Source: Candidatus Thalassarchaeaceae archaeon
GTDB taxonomy: Archaea > Thermoplasmatota > Poseidoniia > Poseidoniales > Thalassarchaeaceae
Length of the DNA: 32,000 nucleotides
Assembly: GCA_045568075.1 (NCBI GenBank)
Contig: JBJLBP010000001.1
Span: 330,001-362,000, forward strand
Reading direction: 5' to 3'
Numbering within the stretch: position 1 is the stretch's first letter; the number at the start of each line of letters is the position of its first letter. Below are positions 9,484 to 17,621 of the stretch, one piece after another. The notes under the pieces are model-generated. The model was not told where the DNA came from. It saw only the letters and a list, made by a program, of their open reading frames with translations, and did not search any database. The translations under genes were made by a program, and so were the position numbers.

Positions 9484-11294
9484 TTTTCTTCACCACGAAA
9501 TAATCCAGCTTCAGCATCAACGGCTTTTGCAACTCTTATTCCTTCTTCAACATCAATACGAAGGAATATCAGCATTCCTAGTAATATCACTATGACGATG
9601 CTGAGAAGGGCCATTCGGCTATCCATCGAAGATGATACTACAAAGTAAATCAATGGCCCGAATACAGCCGCTGCTTTTCCGATAAATCCGAAGAATCCGA
9701 AGAACTCAGTGGTCTTCGATGCTGGGATTAGCATGCCGAATAAACTGCGAGCCTGTGCTCCAGCAGTTCCCATTACCATTCCAACCATCATTCCAAGTAA
9801 AATCCATTGAAAGTTAACTCCAAATCCTGCGGGACCCCAAACATTGTCTCTCAGGAAGTTAGGCCACCAATCCACCATACCGCCTTCAATAATTGAGGGG
9901 TGCCCATCTCCTACCGATGCGCTTTCATCCAACTCTCCACCACTAAATGAGAAAGAGAATCTGTGTTCAGTCATTTGATCCATTTCAATGGCCAATAAGC
10001 CTGCATCCTCTAGGTTCAGAGAGGTTCTTTCATCCTCTCCCTCTTTCAAGAAAGAGAGGAAACTATCTCTGAATTCTGCATCCCCGGCTCCTTCTTTACT
10101 CACCCATCCATCTACTCCTTTATCATAGAGCGTGGAGAGTTCGTAAACACCCTCGTCTTCGTTCCAATCATATTGAAAATCATATCTTTCATGGTCATCA
10201 TCAAGATCTAGGGGTGCAAATCCAACCGCTAGTACGGCAACTACGCAGTAAACCGAAAGAGCAGCTCCAAGGATTTTTTTGGTACCATGTTTAGAAGCCA
10301 GACGGCCACCTATTACTGACATCGGGATAGCGGTGATATTGACCATTAGTAATAGTACGAAATTCATAGCCGGATTAATTCTTAGAACCGAATCCGCAAA
10401 AGCTGAGGCCATTGCTCCAATGGTATTGATGCCATCATAGAATAGAAGATATCCAATTAAGTAAGTTACCAATACTTTGTACTTCTTTATTTCCTTGAAT
10501 GTTTTACCAACTTCTCTGAATCCGTCAATCATTGCTTCAGTCAAAGATTCGTACTCAGTGGGATTGGGAATTTCAGGCTCAGGTGTATTCTTGAAAATTG
10601 GCATTCCAAAACCTAACCACCATAGTGCACTGGTGATGAAGACGAAGCTAAGTATCGGAGGGCTCCAACTTGTGGAAAGTCCAAAGAAACCAGTCGTCCC
10701 GACGACTAAGTGTACGATTAGTAGTAGTGAACCTCCAGCATAACCGTAGGCATATCCCCAACTAGAAACATGATCCATTAATCGATAATCTGCAAGATAG
10801 GGCATGAAAGCATAGTAGATTACATTCCCTCCTGCAAATCCAATATTTCCAATGACTAAACAGATTGCTAGGAATTTCCACGATGAATCCTCTCCCATGA
10901 AAGGTGAGATTCCCATTAATGCAGTAAATACGATGCCAATAATCGTGTAAATCCACAAAATTTTCTTCTTTATCGGCATTCGATCTGCTACAGCACCAAG
11001 AATCGGACTACTAATTGCAACAAACATACTAGATATTGCTAGCACAATAGCATAGAATCCATCACCGGTAACTTCCCATCCAGCATACTCTTTCCCACCC
11101 CCTGTGGCTAGATTGAACATACTGGATAGCAGGAAGGGGACTACTACGGTAAGAACAGTGAGTGCAAAGGCTTGATTGGCCCAGTCGTACCAATACCAAC
11201 TCTTCAGAGATTTTTTCTCTTCAGCACTCATTTTGTCGAGCAAATTATCGACTAATTCTGATTTCGAACCCCCACTATCCGAAACAGATTCCAT
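9480..11294 (-). CDS. MFS transporter, UMF1/Atg22-like family, with a large acidic soluble insertion
   Basis: WYWYDWANQAF signature near the N-terminus and many TM segments. A ~125-aa non-hydrophobic acidic block lies between TM segments (about 9830-10214). The start is uncertain: ATG 11294 (MESVSDS...) is preferred over the track's TTG 11351. Confidence 0.7.
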   Translation of the reverse strand: MESVSDSGGSKSELVDNLLDKMSAEEKKSLKSWYWYDWANQAFALTVLTVVVPFLLSSMFNLATGGGKEYAGWEVTGDGFYAIVLAISSMFVAISSPILGAVADRMPIKKKILWIYTIIGIVFTALMGISPFMGEDSSWKFLAICLVIGNIGFAGGNVIYYAFMPYLADYRLMDHVSSWGYAYGYAGGSLLLIVHLVVGTTGFFGLSTSWSPPILSFVFITSALWWLGFGMPIFKNTPEPEIPNPTEYESLTEAMIDGFREVGKTFKEIKKYKVLVTYLIGYLLFYDGINTIGAMASAFADSVLRINPAMNFVLLLMVNITAIPMSVIGGRLASKHGTKKILGAALSVYCVVAVLAVGFAPLDLDDDHERYDFQYDWNEDEGVYELSTLYDKGVDGWVSKEGAGDAEFRDSFLSFLKEGEDERTSLNLEDAGLLAIEMDQMTEHRFSFSFSGGELDESASVGDGHPSIIEGGMVDWWPNFLRDNVWGPAGFGVNFQWILLGMMVGMVMGTAGAQARSLFGMLIPASKTTEFFGFFGFIGKAAAVFGPLIYFVVSSSMDSRMALLSIVIVILLGMLIFLRIDVEEGIRVAKAVDAEAGLFRGEEK

Positions 11295-11375
11295 ACCACT
11301 TACGATGCGAGCAGGCAAATTAGGTTGACCTATTGGACCCGTCAGAATCAAGTCGGGGTTCAGAGCCGATAAATC

Positions 11376-12510
11376 ATGGGAGATGCCTGTGGTGTGATGG
11401 GCGACGGCTCACCCGCCGTCAAGATTCATCATTTGGTCAAGGCGCCAGAGAACACCGCAGCATCGATATCTCGTCGAGAGTCTTGGGACGCAAGCAAGCC
11501 CGCGACAGTCTATGTGACTCCTGAGCGAATGCCAGACGGCACGCCATGCCAAGCCGCGACTGTGATTCTCAGAACTCGCGGATGTGCTTGGTGGTGGAAG
11601 TCTGGATGCACCTTTTGTGGCTACTTCAACGACGTACGCGATGATGTGACTGCAGACAATCTCTTCGCGCAGTGGGATGCTGCAAAGAAGCAAACCAAGG
11701 ACTTCAAAGGATGCACGATGGTCAAGGTCTACACTTCTGGGACCTTCTTCGAAGACCAAGAGAATCCAGTCGAGTGGCAAGAACACGTCCTGCGGGAGAC
11801 TCACGAGATGGGTCTACACCTCATCGTCGAAGCCCAAGCACACATGTGCAAGCCAGAGAAACTCGCCTTCCTCGCCAAGCACAATCCGAACACTACAGTT
11901 GCAATCGGACTCGAGGCTTACGACGACGCAGTACTACGATTTCACGTCAATAAGGGATTCTCAACGAAGACCTGGCGCAAGTCGGTAGCTGACCTCCGCA
12001 GCCAACGGTCTTCGAGTCAAAACCTACCTGATTTTCAAGCCCCCATTCATGAGTGAGGGCGACGCCCTCGAACACACTTCAAAGTGGCTCATCGAAGTCG
12101 CGCCGCTCTCCGACGAAGTATCGATCAACCCGATGAACATCCAAAATCGAACCATCGTCGACCGCCTCTTCCGCAATCGAGAGTACCGCCCGCCATGGCT
12201 GTGGTCACTGGTCGAGATGATCCAGCGAACCCACGAAGCCACCGCAGAGCACGACGCCCGCATCATCGTTCATCCAACTGCGGGCGGCAAAATCCGCGGC
12301 GCCCACAATTGTGGCAATTGCGATAAGCACGTGGTCGCCGCAATAGAACGCTACTCAGTCTCCCGTAATCTAGCTGAATTCAAAGGACTCGAATGCGATT
12401 GTAAGGCCGTCTGGTCTGCAGAAATCAATTCAGATCTCACATTCCCTACTCCACTAGGGTCAGGGCGCGACCGCAGAGGCAACCGCGTTGACCTAATGCG
12501 AGCGCCCTGA
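11376..12510 (+). pseudogene. Radical-SAM protein resembling the archaeosine-synthesis enzyme RaSEA (TIGR01210-like), interrupted by a 1-nt frameshift near 12000
   Basis: Cys motif ILRTRGCAWWWKSGCTFCGY in ORF 11376-12056 (frame 3). The homologous sequence continues in frame 1 as ..ANGLRVKTYLIFKPPFMSEGDALEH...INPMNIQNRTIVDRLFRNREYRPPWLWSLVE (ORF 12049-12510). Frame 1 is closed by TAG at 11986-11988, so the shift lies within 11989-12003. An alternative start is ATG 11397, 26 nt downstream of GATAAAT (possibly leaderless). Confidence 0.6.
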
Positions 12511-12513
12511 GTT

Positions 12514-12530
12514 GAGGGACTACGTCCCTC
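12514..12530 (+). terminator. Hairpin GAGGGAC-TAC-GTCCCTC, 4 nt after the radical-SAM stop codon
   Basis: Perfect 7-bp stem read from the sequence. No following T-tract, so the terminator role is tentative. Confidence 0.3.
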
Positions 12531-12600
12531 GCCCAATGCTTAAGGGCGAATCTATGGTGGTCAGCCCGTCCACGAAGTATTGTGGGTAAGTGGTGTCTCG

Positions 12601-12858
12601 ATGGCAAATGACGACGGATTCCTACAAGGCGATAACGAACCTGCGGCTTCAAGGGTGATATTAGTCGGAGCATTGGTCTCCGCTCTCATCTTCATGGTGG
12701 TCTTCAGTATCCTCTACCCAGGTCAGAATTACCCCGTGATTTCCGACTTCGAAACCTTTGGCGCACTTACCGGCGGAATCTGGTTTTTCATCCTTGGAGC
12801 GATGTTTGGAATCTTCGCGATTCTGGCTACGATGATTACGGAGGCCACTCGCGAGTGA
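12601..12858 (+). CDS. Small membrane protein, 2 predicted TM helices (85 aa from ATG 12601)
   Basis: Two hydrophobic stretches: VILVGALVSALIFMVVFSILY and GGIWFFILGAMFGIFAILATMI. Its stop lies inside the GAGGTGA Shine-Dalgarno of the next gene. Confidence 0.55.
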   Translation: MANDDGFLQGDNEPAASRVILVGALVSALIFMVVFSILYPGQNYPVISDFETFGALTGGIWFFILGAMFGIFAILATMITEATRE

Positions 12859-12868
12859 GGTGATTGTG

Positions 12869-14533
12869 ATGGATTCGATACTCTCAACCTTAGCAGTTTT
12901 CTGGGCTTGCGCCCTCATTTTCTACCTCCTCGTCCATCGTGGACTGTGGATTTTCTCTGACGTTGCCCGTGGCATGGGGATGTTCATGCTCGAGAAGGCT
13001 CTCGGCCCTGGAATCGAATTAGTCGAGGGCCGTTCAGGCTCTGCAGCAAGAGCATGGATTGTTCAGTCAGCCCTGTGGCTGATGCTCGGTGGGCTATTCA
13101 CCTTCGAGGGTTTTTGGCTTGCTCACGACCCTACTGCTCTGCACTCACTCAGTGCTTGGGGATATGATCCGACCGCCGAGACACTGGCTGCTACCGGCAA
13201 GGCCGTGACTGCCTTCGGTGGAGTCACGATGGCAATTATCGGCTGCGGTCTGCACATTCTCCCCAAGTTGCTAGGAACTGATTTGGCGAGTGAGCGTAAC
13301 GGTACTCTCGTCTCCTTCCTTTACTCAGGGTCAGTTGCAGTGATGATAATCGGCTCGCACGACCCTGTAATTCTGGGAGTCAAGGTTCTCATTATCGGCA
13401 CAGGCATCCATATTCTGGCTATTACTGCAATCGTAATCAACCAACTACTGACACTCGCCAATCGTTCGGGTTCAATCTCTTTACCGGCTTGGTTGATTCT
13501 CTTCGGATTGATGTCTGAATCGTTCAACCTGATCGCAGGAATTGCCACCGGTGCTATCACCGATGGCGATGGCCAGTGGCTGATGTATAGAATTCAGTCT
13601 GGTGGATTCTTCTTCCTCTCAACCGCTGGTGTAGTACTCTATGCTACGAGTGTGGCGAGCGGCAATGCTCTGTGGTCACGTTCACTAGTCGGTGCCACTC
13701 TATTCGGCGGCTTGTTCACTCTACAGCCTCTGGGATCTCGTGAAGGCTCGCTAGTTGCGGACCTCTTCGGTCTCGATGCTGGCGAGATGGCAATGGGTCA
13801 GAGCGACATGGTCGTCTCAAGCTTCTTGCTGGCGTTAGCTGCAATTCCAGTGATTGCCTTCTGCGCTAATGCAATGTTGACGATGCGCGGTGGTAATTCT
13901 TCTGGCGCCAACCCAAATATGGCAGGCTTGGCTGAAATGAATCTCGGTGTTATAGCGATGATTCCTGTCTTCGTTGGGGCCTTGTTTGTTCAGACAGATT
14001 CGGTCTCCGGGACCGATGCTCTAACTGGTATTGCTGGAACCATCGATGAAATGGGTCGTTGGGCTGTCTTAGTGCCACTGAACTTCGGTGCTGCTCTAGC
14101 CCTGTATCCGTCGATTACTGGTCGCCAGTTAGCTTCGGCTAGCCGCGCCCGAACCGCTTTCTGGCTGATGTCGAGCGGCGTGCTACTGGGATTGATGGTG
14201 ACTCTGACATCGAATGCCATCGATATTGCTCTACTCGATGCTGGCGTTCTTGATCCGTCGAGCCTGGCTCACGACTTGGCTGTGGCTGGCTCGGTAATAT
14301 TCTACTTCGTAGTAATCGCAATGATTCTGCACTGCATGAACATGGTCAGCGGACTATTCCGTGGGCAAATCGTTGGAGAGGGTGATGAGGGCGCTTCGAG
14401 CATCCAGGTGGATAGTTACAATCTCGCTTCGCCAACGACGGTGGCTCGAATCTTGGGCTCTGGCGCTGGAATGGACACTGTCATCGTGCCGGTCGGTGAA
14501 TCTGATGAGGCTGGTTCGGCGACCGACCTTTGA
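12869..14533 (+). CDS. Polytopic integral membrane protein, ~12-13 TM, unknown function
   Basis: About 13 hydrophobic segments. GAGGTGA (12857-12863) lies 5 nt before ATG 12869, indicating translational coupling to the small upstream membrane protein. No family is confidently recognised. Confidence 0.65.
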   Translation: MDSILSTLAVFWACALIFYLLVHRGLWIFSDVARGMGMFMLEKALGPGIELVEGRSGSAARAWIVQSALWLMLGGLFTFEGFWLAHDPTALHSLSAWGYDPTAETLAATGKAVTAFGGVTMAIIGCGLHILPKLLGTDLASERNGTLVSFLYSGSVAVMIIGSHDPVILGVKVLIIGTGIHILAITAIVINQLLTLANRSGSISLPAWLILFGLMSESFNLIAGIATGAITDGDGQWLMYRIQSGGFFFLSTAGVVLYATSVASGNALWSRSLVGATLFGGLFTLQPLGSREGSLVADLFGLDAGEMAMGQSDMVVSSFLLALAAIPVIAFCANAMLTMRGGNSSGANPNMAGLAEMNLGVIAMIPVFVGALFVQTDSVSGTDALTGIAGTIDEMGRWAVLVPLNFGAALALYPSITGRQLASASRARTAFWLMSSGVLLGLMVTLTSNAIDIALLDAGVLDPSSLAHDLAVAGSVIFYFVVIAMILHCMNMVSGLFRGQIVGEGDEGASSIQVDSYNLASPTTVARILGSGAGMDTVIVPVGESDEAGSATDL

Positions 14534-14603
14534 GTCGGTTGATTCCGGAAGGTCAGACCGTCAAGTTGAGGGGTAAGCCTCCTTGTTGCAAACGAGGGAT
14601 GAC

Positions 14604-15887
14604 ATGAGGATTGGACTGGTCGGCAAGCCAAATGTGGGTAAGTCCACGACATTCTCTGCCCTGACGCAGACTCCTGTGGACATCGCCAATTACCCTTTCA
14701 CAACTATCGAGCCGAATGTCGGTGTATCGTGGATTCCACTGAGGGAACCGTGTGCTTGCGCGGCTATGCGTGCTAAACGTGAGTCTGATGGAAGGCTTGA
14801 GAAAACAACTTCTGACGACCCTCGAGGGGGTAGCATTTGCACACCAAACACAGGTTCTTGCGTCGGCCACAATCGATTGGTTCCAGTGACTCTTGTCGAT
14901 GTGGCCGGACTGGTTCCCGGCGCTCACGAAGGGCGTGGGCGAGGAAATCAATTCCTCTCCGATCTCGCACGCTGTGATGCGCTAATCCAAGTTGTCGATG
15001 TATCTGGTTCGACCGATCTTGAGGGTAATCCGGTCGGCGAGGGTGGTTCTGATCCAGTCGAGGAGCACGAATTCCTGCTCGGTGAGTTGGATGCATGGAT
15101 TCGGGGTATCATCGAATCGAGTTGGCAGCGCGGTGCTCGCCGTGTTCAATCCGAGGGAGAGAAAGCCCTCACTACCTATCTTCACGATCAATTGAGTGGT
15201 ATCGGTGCTAGTGAATTACAAGTTACTGCCGGAATCGCAGCGGTAGGGTCGAAGCACCCCGATGCTGGAGTGCCATGGTCATGGGGGGAAGCGGAGTTGA
15301 CTACACTCGCGAAGACGGTTAGAGCCGCCCTATTCCCAATCTGCGTGGCAGCTAACAAAGCCGACCGAGCTAATGATGGAGTGTGGGCTAATCTAGCGGA
15401 AATCGTTGAATCAGCAGGAGGAATCCTCGTACCGACCAGTGCTGAAGCCGAACTTGCGCTTAGCAGGGCAAGTGTGGCTGGCCTTATCGAGCACCGGCCC
15501 GGTGGTGGATTCACCATCAGTGCTGAGGGCGAAGCAAAACTCTCCGAGGCCCAGCGAATGGCGCTGTCCTCGATCGGTGAATCACTCTCGAGATGGTCTG
15601 GAGGAGGCTTAGTCGGTCTCGTCGGTGACATTGTCTTCGATAGACTCGACCGGCGAGTTGCATATCCAGTGCAGGATGAGACTCATTGGGTCGATGGCGA
15701 AGGTAACATCCTGCCCGATGCGATTCTCATACCAGAAGGAACCACGGCGAAGGGACTAGCTTACGCGGTTCACAGTGACTTGGGAGACGGCTTCATTCGC
15801 GCTACTGATGCTCGCAGTGGTCGTGTTATTGGAGCTGAGCATGAAGTCCAAAACGGCGATGTAATCCGAATTCACGCCAAGTCTTGA
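14604..15887 (+). CDS. Obg-family GTPase (YchF/Ygr210-like) with C-terminal TGS-like domain
   Basis: G1 GKPNVGKST, G2 region YPFTTIEPNVG, G3 DVAGLVPGAHEGRGRGNQFL, G4 ANKADRA, and a C-terminal TGS-like end ...VQNGDVIRIHAKS. ATG 14604 (MRIGLVG...) is preferred over the track's TTG 14583. Confidence 0.85.
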   Translation: MRIGLVGKPNVGKSTTFSALTQTPVDIANYPFTTIEPNVGVSWIPLREPCACAAMRAKRESDGRLEKTTSDDPRGGSICTPNTGSCVGHNRLVPVTLVDVAGLVPGAHEGRGRGNQFLSDLARCDALIQVVDVSGSTDLEGNPVGEGGSDPVEEHEFLLGELDAWIRGIIESSWQRGARRVQSEGEKALTTYLHDQLSGIGASELQVTAGIAAVGSKHPDAGVPWSWGEAELTTLAKTVRAALFPICVAANKADRANDGVWANLAEIVESAGGILVPTSAEAELALSRASVAGLIEHRPGGGFTISAEGEAKLSEAQRMALSSIGESLSRWSGGGLVGLVGDIVFDRLDRRVAYPVQDETHWVDGEGNILPDAILIPEGTTAKGLAYAVHSDLGDGFIRATDARSGRVIGAEHEVQNGDVIRIHAKS

Positions 15888-15892
15888 GCCGT

Positions 15893-16576
15893 TCACAGAT
15901 CGACGATCGGCTCGAGCACGACCTCGTAAGTAACAGCCGTCCAAGTGATATCGTAATCCTCGTTACTATCGACAAAGCCTCCGATTCCCGGCGGGGCACT
16001 GATATCAGCAGTAATCGTCAGTGCCCAAGTTCCACGTCCAAATCCGCCATCGTTCCACTCGGCGCGAATATCACCCTCGCTGACATCCTCAATCTGATAT
16101 GACTCACCGGTGTAATTGCTCGTCACATCCCAACCCATAGTGAATCCTGAATTGCCTCCACCACAAGTTCCAGAGTCACTCTGATCATCAAACTCGCCGT
16201 CTACTCCAGACACATCGCTAGTACCATCGACTGAATCTGAGAATCCCGGTCCTGGATCGTCATTATCGTTGCAAGTCACAAAGACTTCGACATAACCGAT
16301 GAAAAATTCACTCTCGACGTCGAAGAATGAGTCGTGAGAGTCGCCGTCGCCGAGGTTCACCGATTCACTCAATTCGATGGTAACCTCGTTGAACGTAACG
16401 ACCCATCCTCCACGAGCCCCTCCACCTGATGAGGAAGCCAAGAGGTCATCATCGATGAGGCTGGGCATGACTTGGAAGTAGAGTGGAAAGACAATCATGA
16501 AGGCGATTGAAATGCCGAGCATAGCCTGCTTACGCGGGGTGTCGATCAGACTCTCGAAGTCCATCTTGCTCGCCAT
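15893..16576 (-). CDS. Hypothetical N-terminally anchored, highly acidic (D/E/G/S-rich) probably extracytoplasmic protein
   Basis: A single N-terminal TM/signal-anchor (LGISIAFMIVFPLYFQVM) is followed by a beta-rich acidic sequence. ATG 16576 (MASKMDF...) is preferred over TTG 16600. Confidence 0.55.
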   Translation of the reverse strand: MASKMDFESLIDTPRKQAMLGISIAFMIVFPLYFQVMPSLIDDDLLASSSGGGARGGWVVTFNEVTIELSESVNLGDGDSHDSFFDVESEFFIGYVEVFVTCNDNDDPGPGFSDSVDGTSDVSGVDGEFDDQSDSGTCGGGNSGFTMGWDVTSNYTGESYQIEDVSEGDIRAEWNDGGFGRGTWALTITADISAPPGIGGFVDSNEDYDITWTAVTYEVVLEPIVDL

Positions 16577-16640
16577 TGGGTACCTGCAATAGCCTATCAA
16601 GAAGCCTACGGGCTTGAGTCAGAAGCGCTCGAAAGCGGAC

Positions 16641-17117
16641 TCATTCTTCTTCCGTGAGCGCTTCTGTCCATTGCTTGACGTCGATTCCTTCGCGTCCAAA
16701 GTGGACGCGAGATCGTCGGTATTCGGGTAATAGGAAGCCGATGATCGACCTTTCCCCGAATGTCCATTGCCATGGGCATCGGGGAAGTCGAGAACTCCAT
16801 TCATCGAGAATAGATTTCCACTCTTCTCCTTCGAGATGAGGTGGGATTTCAATCGAGATCCAAGTGATTCTGCCAGCTGAGCCGGGTACATTCGACCAAG
16901 TTCGCAGGCTCAGTCCTCGAGCCGAGCCTTCGAGTACCTCGATACCGAGGACTCGTGTCATCCGTGAAAGTGGCATAATGATGGCGAAACGATGCACCAT
17001 GCGAGACTCTTCCAAGCGACGCATGGACCATCCGCGCGACTCTCCGACTAATCTCAGAGCGCGGATGGCATCGGTCGGTGTCACCGAGACAGGAATCTCA
17101 AGAAGACGCCCGACCAT
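16641..17117 (-). CDS. Hypothetical protein (158 aa)
   Basis: Longest ORF at this locus, co-directional with the ribosomal-protein array, with globular-looking composition. No motif recognised and no obvious SD. Confidence 0.45.
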   Translation of the reverse strand: MVGRLLEIPVSVTPTDAIRALRLVGESRGWSMRRLEESRMVHRFAIIMPLSRMTRVLGIEVLEGSARGLSLRTWSNVPGSAGRITWISIEIPPHLEGEEWKSILDEWSSRLPRCPWQWTFGERSIIGFLLPEYRRSRVHFGREGIDVKQWTEALTEEE

Positions 17118-17242
17118 GTCGAGGGGTCACACCAATCGGCCTTAGCGGTTGGTGCGCGTGTCGTGAGGCCTGAACGAGGGAAGGGTGAGCAGTCCCGCGG
17201 CATCCGCCCGTTAGAGCGGCCAGCGTCCGCACGACCTGATAG

Positions 17243-17259
17243 CCACCGCTAGGCGGTGG
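17243..17259 (-). terminator. Hairpin CCACCGC-TAG-GCGGTGG, 33 nt downstream of the rpl12 stop
   Basis: Perfect 7-bp inverted repeat. No T-tract follows on the transcribed strand, so this is tentative. Confidence 0.25.
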
Positions 17260-17291
17260 TTGCAGGGTAGTGTTCTCGCTTACTTCGCGCT

Positions 17292-17603
17292 TCAACCGAA
17301 GAGAGATCCGAGTCCTTCGAAGCCACCGGCGTCGTCTTCCTCTTCCTCTACTTCAGCTGGAGCTTCCTCAGCAGCAGGAGCGCCGGCAGAGCCGCCAGCA
17401 GAAGCTGGGGCAGCGGCGACAGGCGCAGCGACCGCAGTCGCCATTGCCTCACCGATGTCAACATCACCGAGCGAAGTGACGAGTGCCTTTACACGAGCAC
17501 CGTCAACATCCACACCAGCGGCGCTCAGAACTGAGCTCACACCGTTTTCATCGATTTCCTTCTCTGCGGAGTGCAGAAGCATTGCAGCATATACGTATTC
17601 CAT
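17292..17603 (-). CDS. rpl12: 50S ribosomal stalk protein P1 (archaeal L12)
   Basis: [17 protein letters not shown]... N-terminus, an Ala/Pro hinge and an acidic tail [32 protein letters not shown] context places the start at 17603 rather than the track's GTG 17612. Confidence 0.95.
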   Translation of the reverse strand: MEYVYAAMLLHSAEKEIDENGVSSVLSAAGVDVDGARVKALVTSLGDVDIGEAMATAVAAPVAAAPASAGGSAGAPAAEEAPAEVEEEEDDAGGFEGLGSLFG

Positions 17604-17621
17604 TTTTCTCACCTATTTTTT

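Noticed and set aside
11376-12510. Treating 11376-12056 and 12049-12510 as two separate genes
   Set aside because: The second ORF's frame continues the family-typical sequence (ANGLRVKTYLIFKPPF) upstream of its ATG. Together the two pieces make one normal-length radical-SAM protein, so a frameshift is the simpler reading.
12869-14533. Impression that the 13-TM protein resembles a heme-copper oxidase/NorB subunit I fold
   Set aside because: This was only a vague similarity in helix pattern (for example GLHILPKL after a Gly-rich helix). The canonical heme/CuB histidine ligands (helix II, VI, VII HH, X) are not present, so I make no such call.
14740-14880. Cys-containing insertion (CACAA...CTPNTGSC) in the GTPase as a novel zinc module
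   Set aside because: To my recollection, similar Cys-bearing inserts between G2 and G3 are typical of the archaeal Ygr210/YchF-like subfamily, so this is probably a family trait rather than a novelty.
15188-15631. 147-aa minus-strand ORF inside the GTPase gene, and 164-aa minus ORF at 30298-30792 inside the SDR39U1 gene
   Set aside because: Shadow ORFs opposite well-supported genes, with Ser/Pro/Ala-rich composition.
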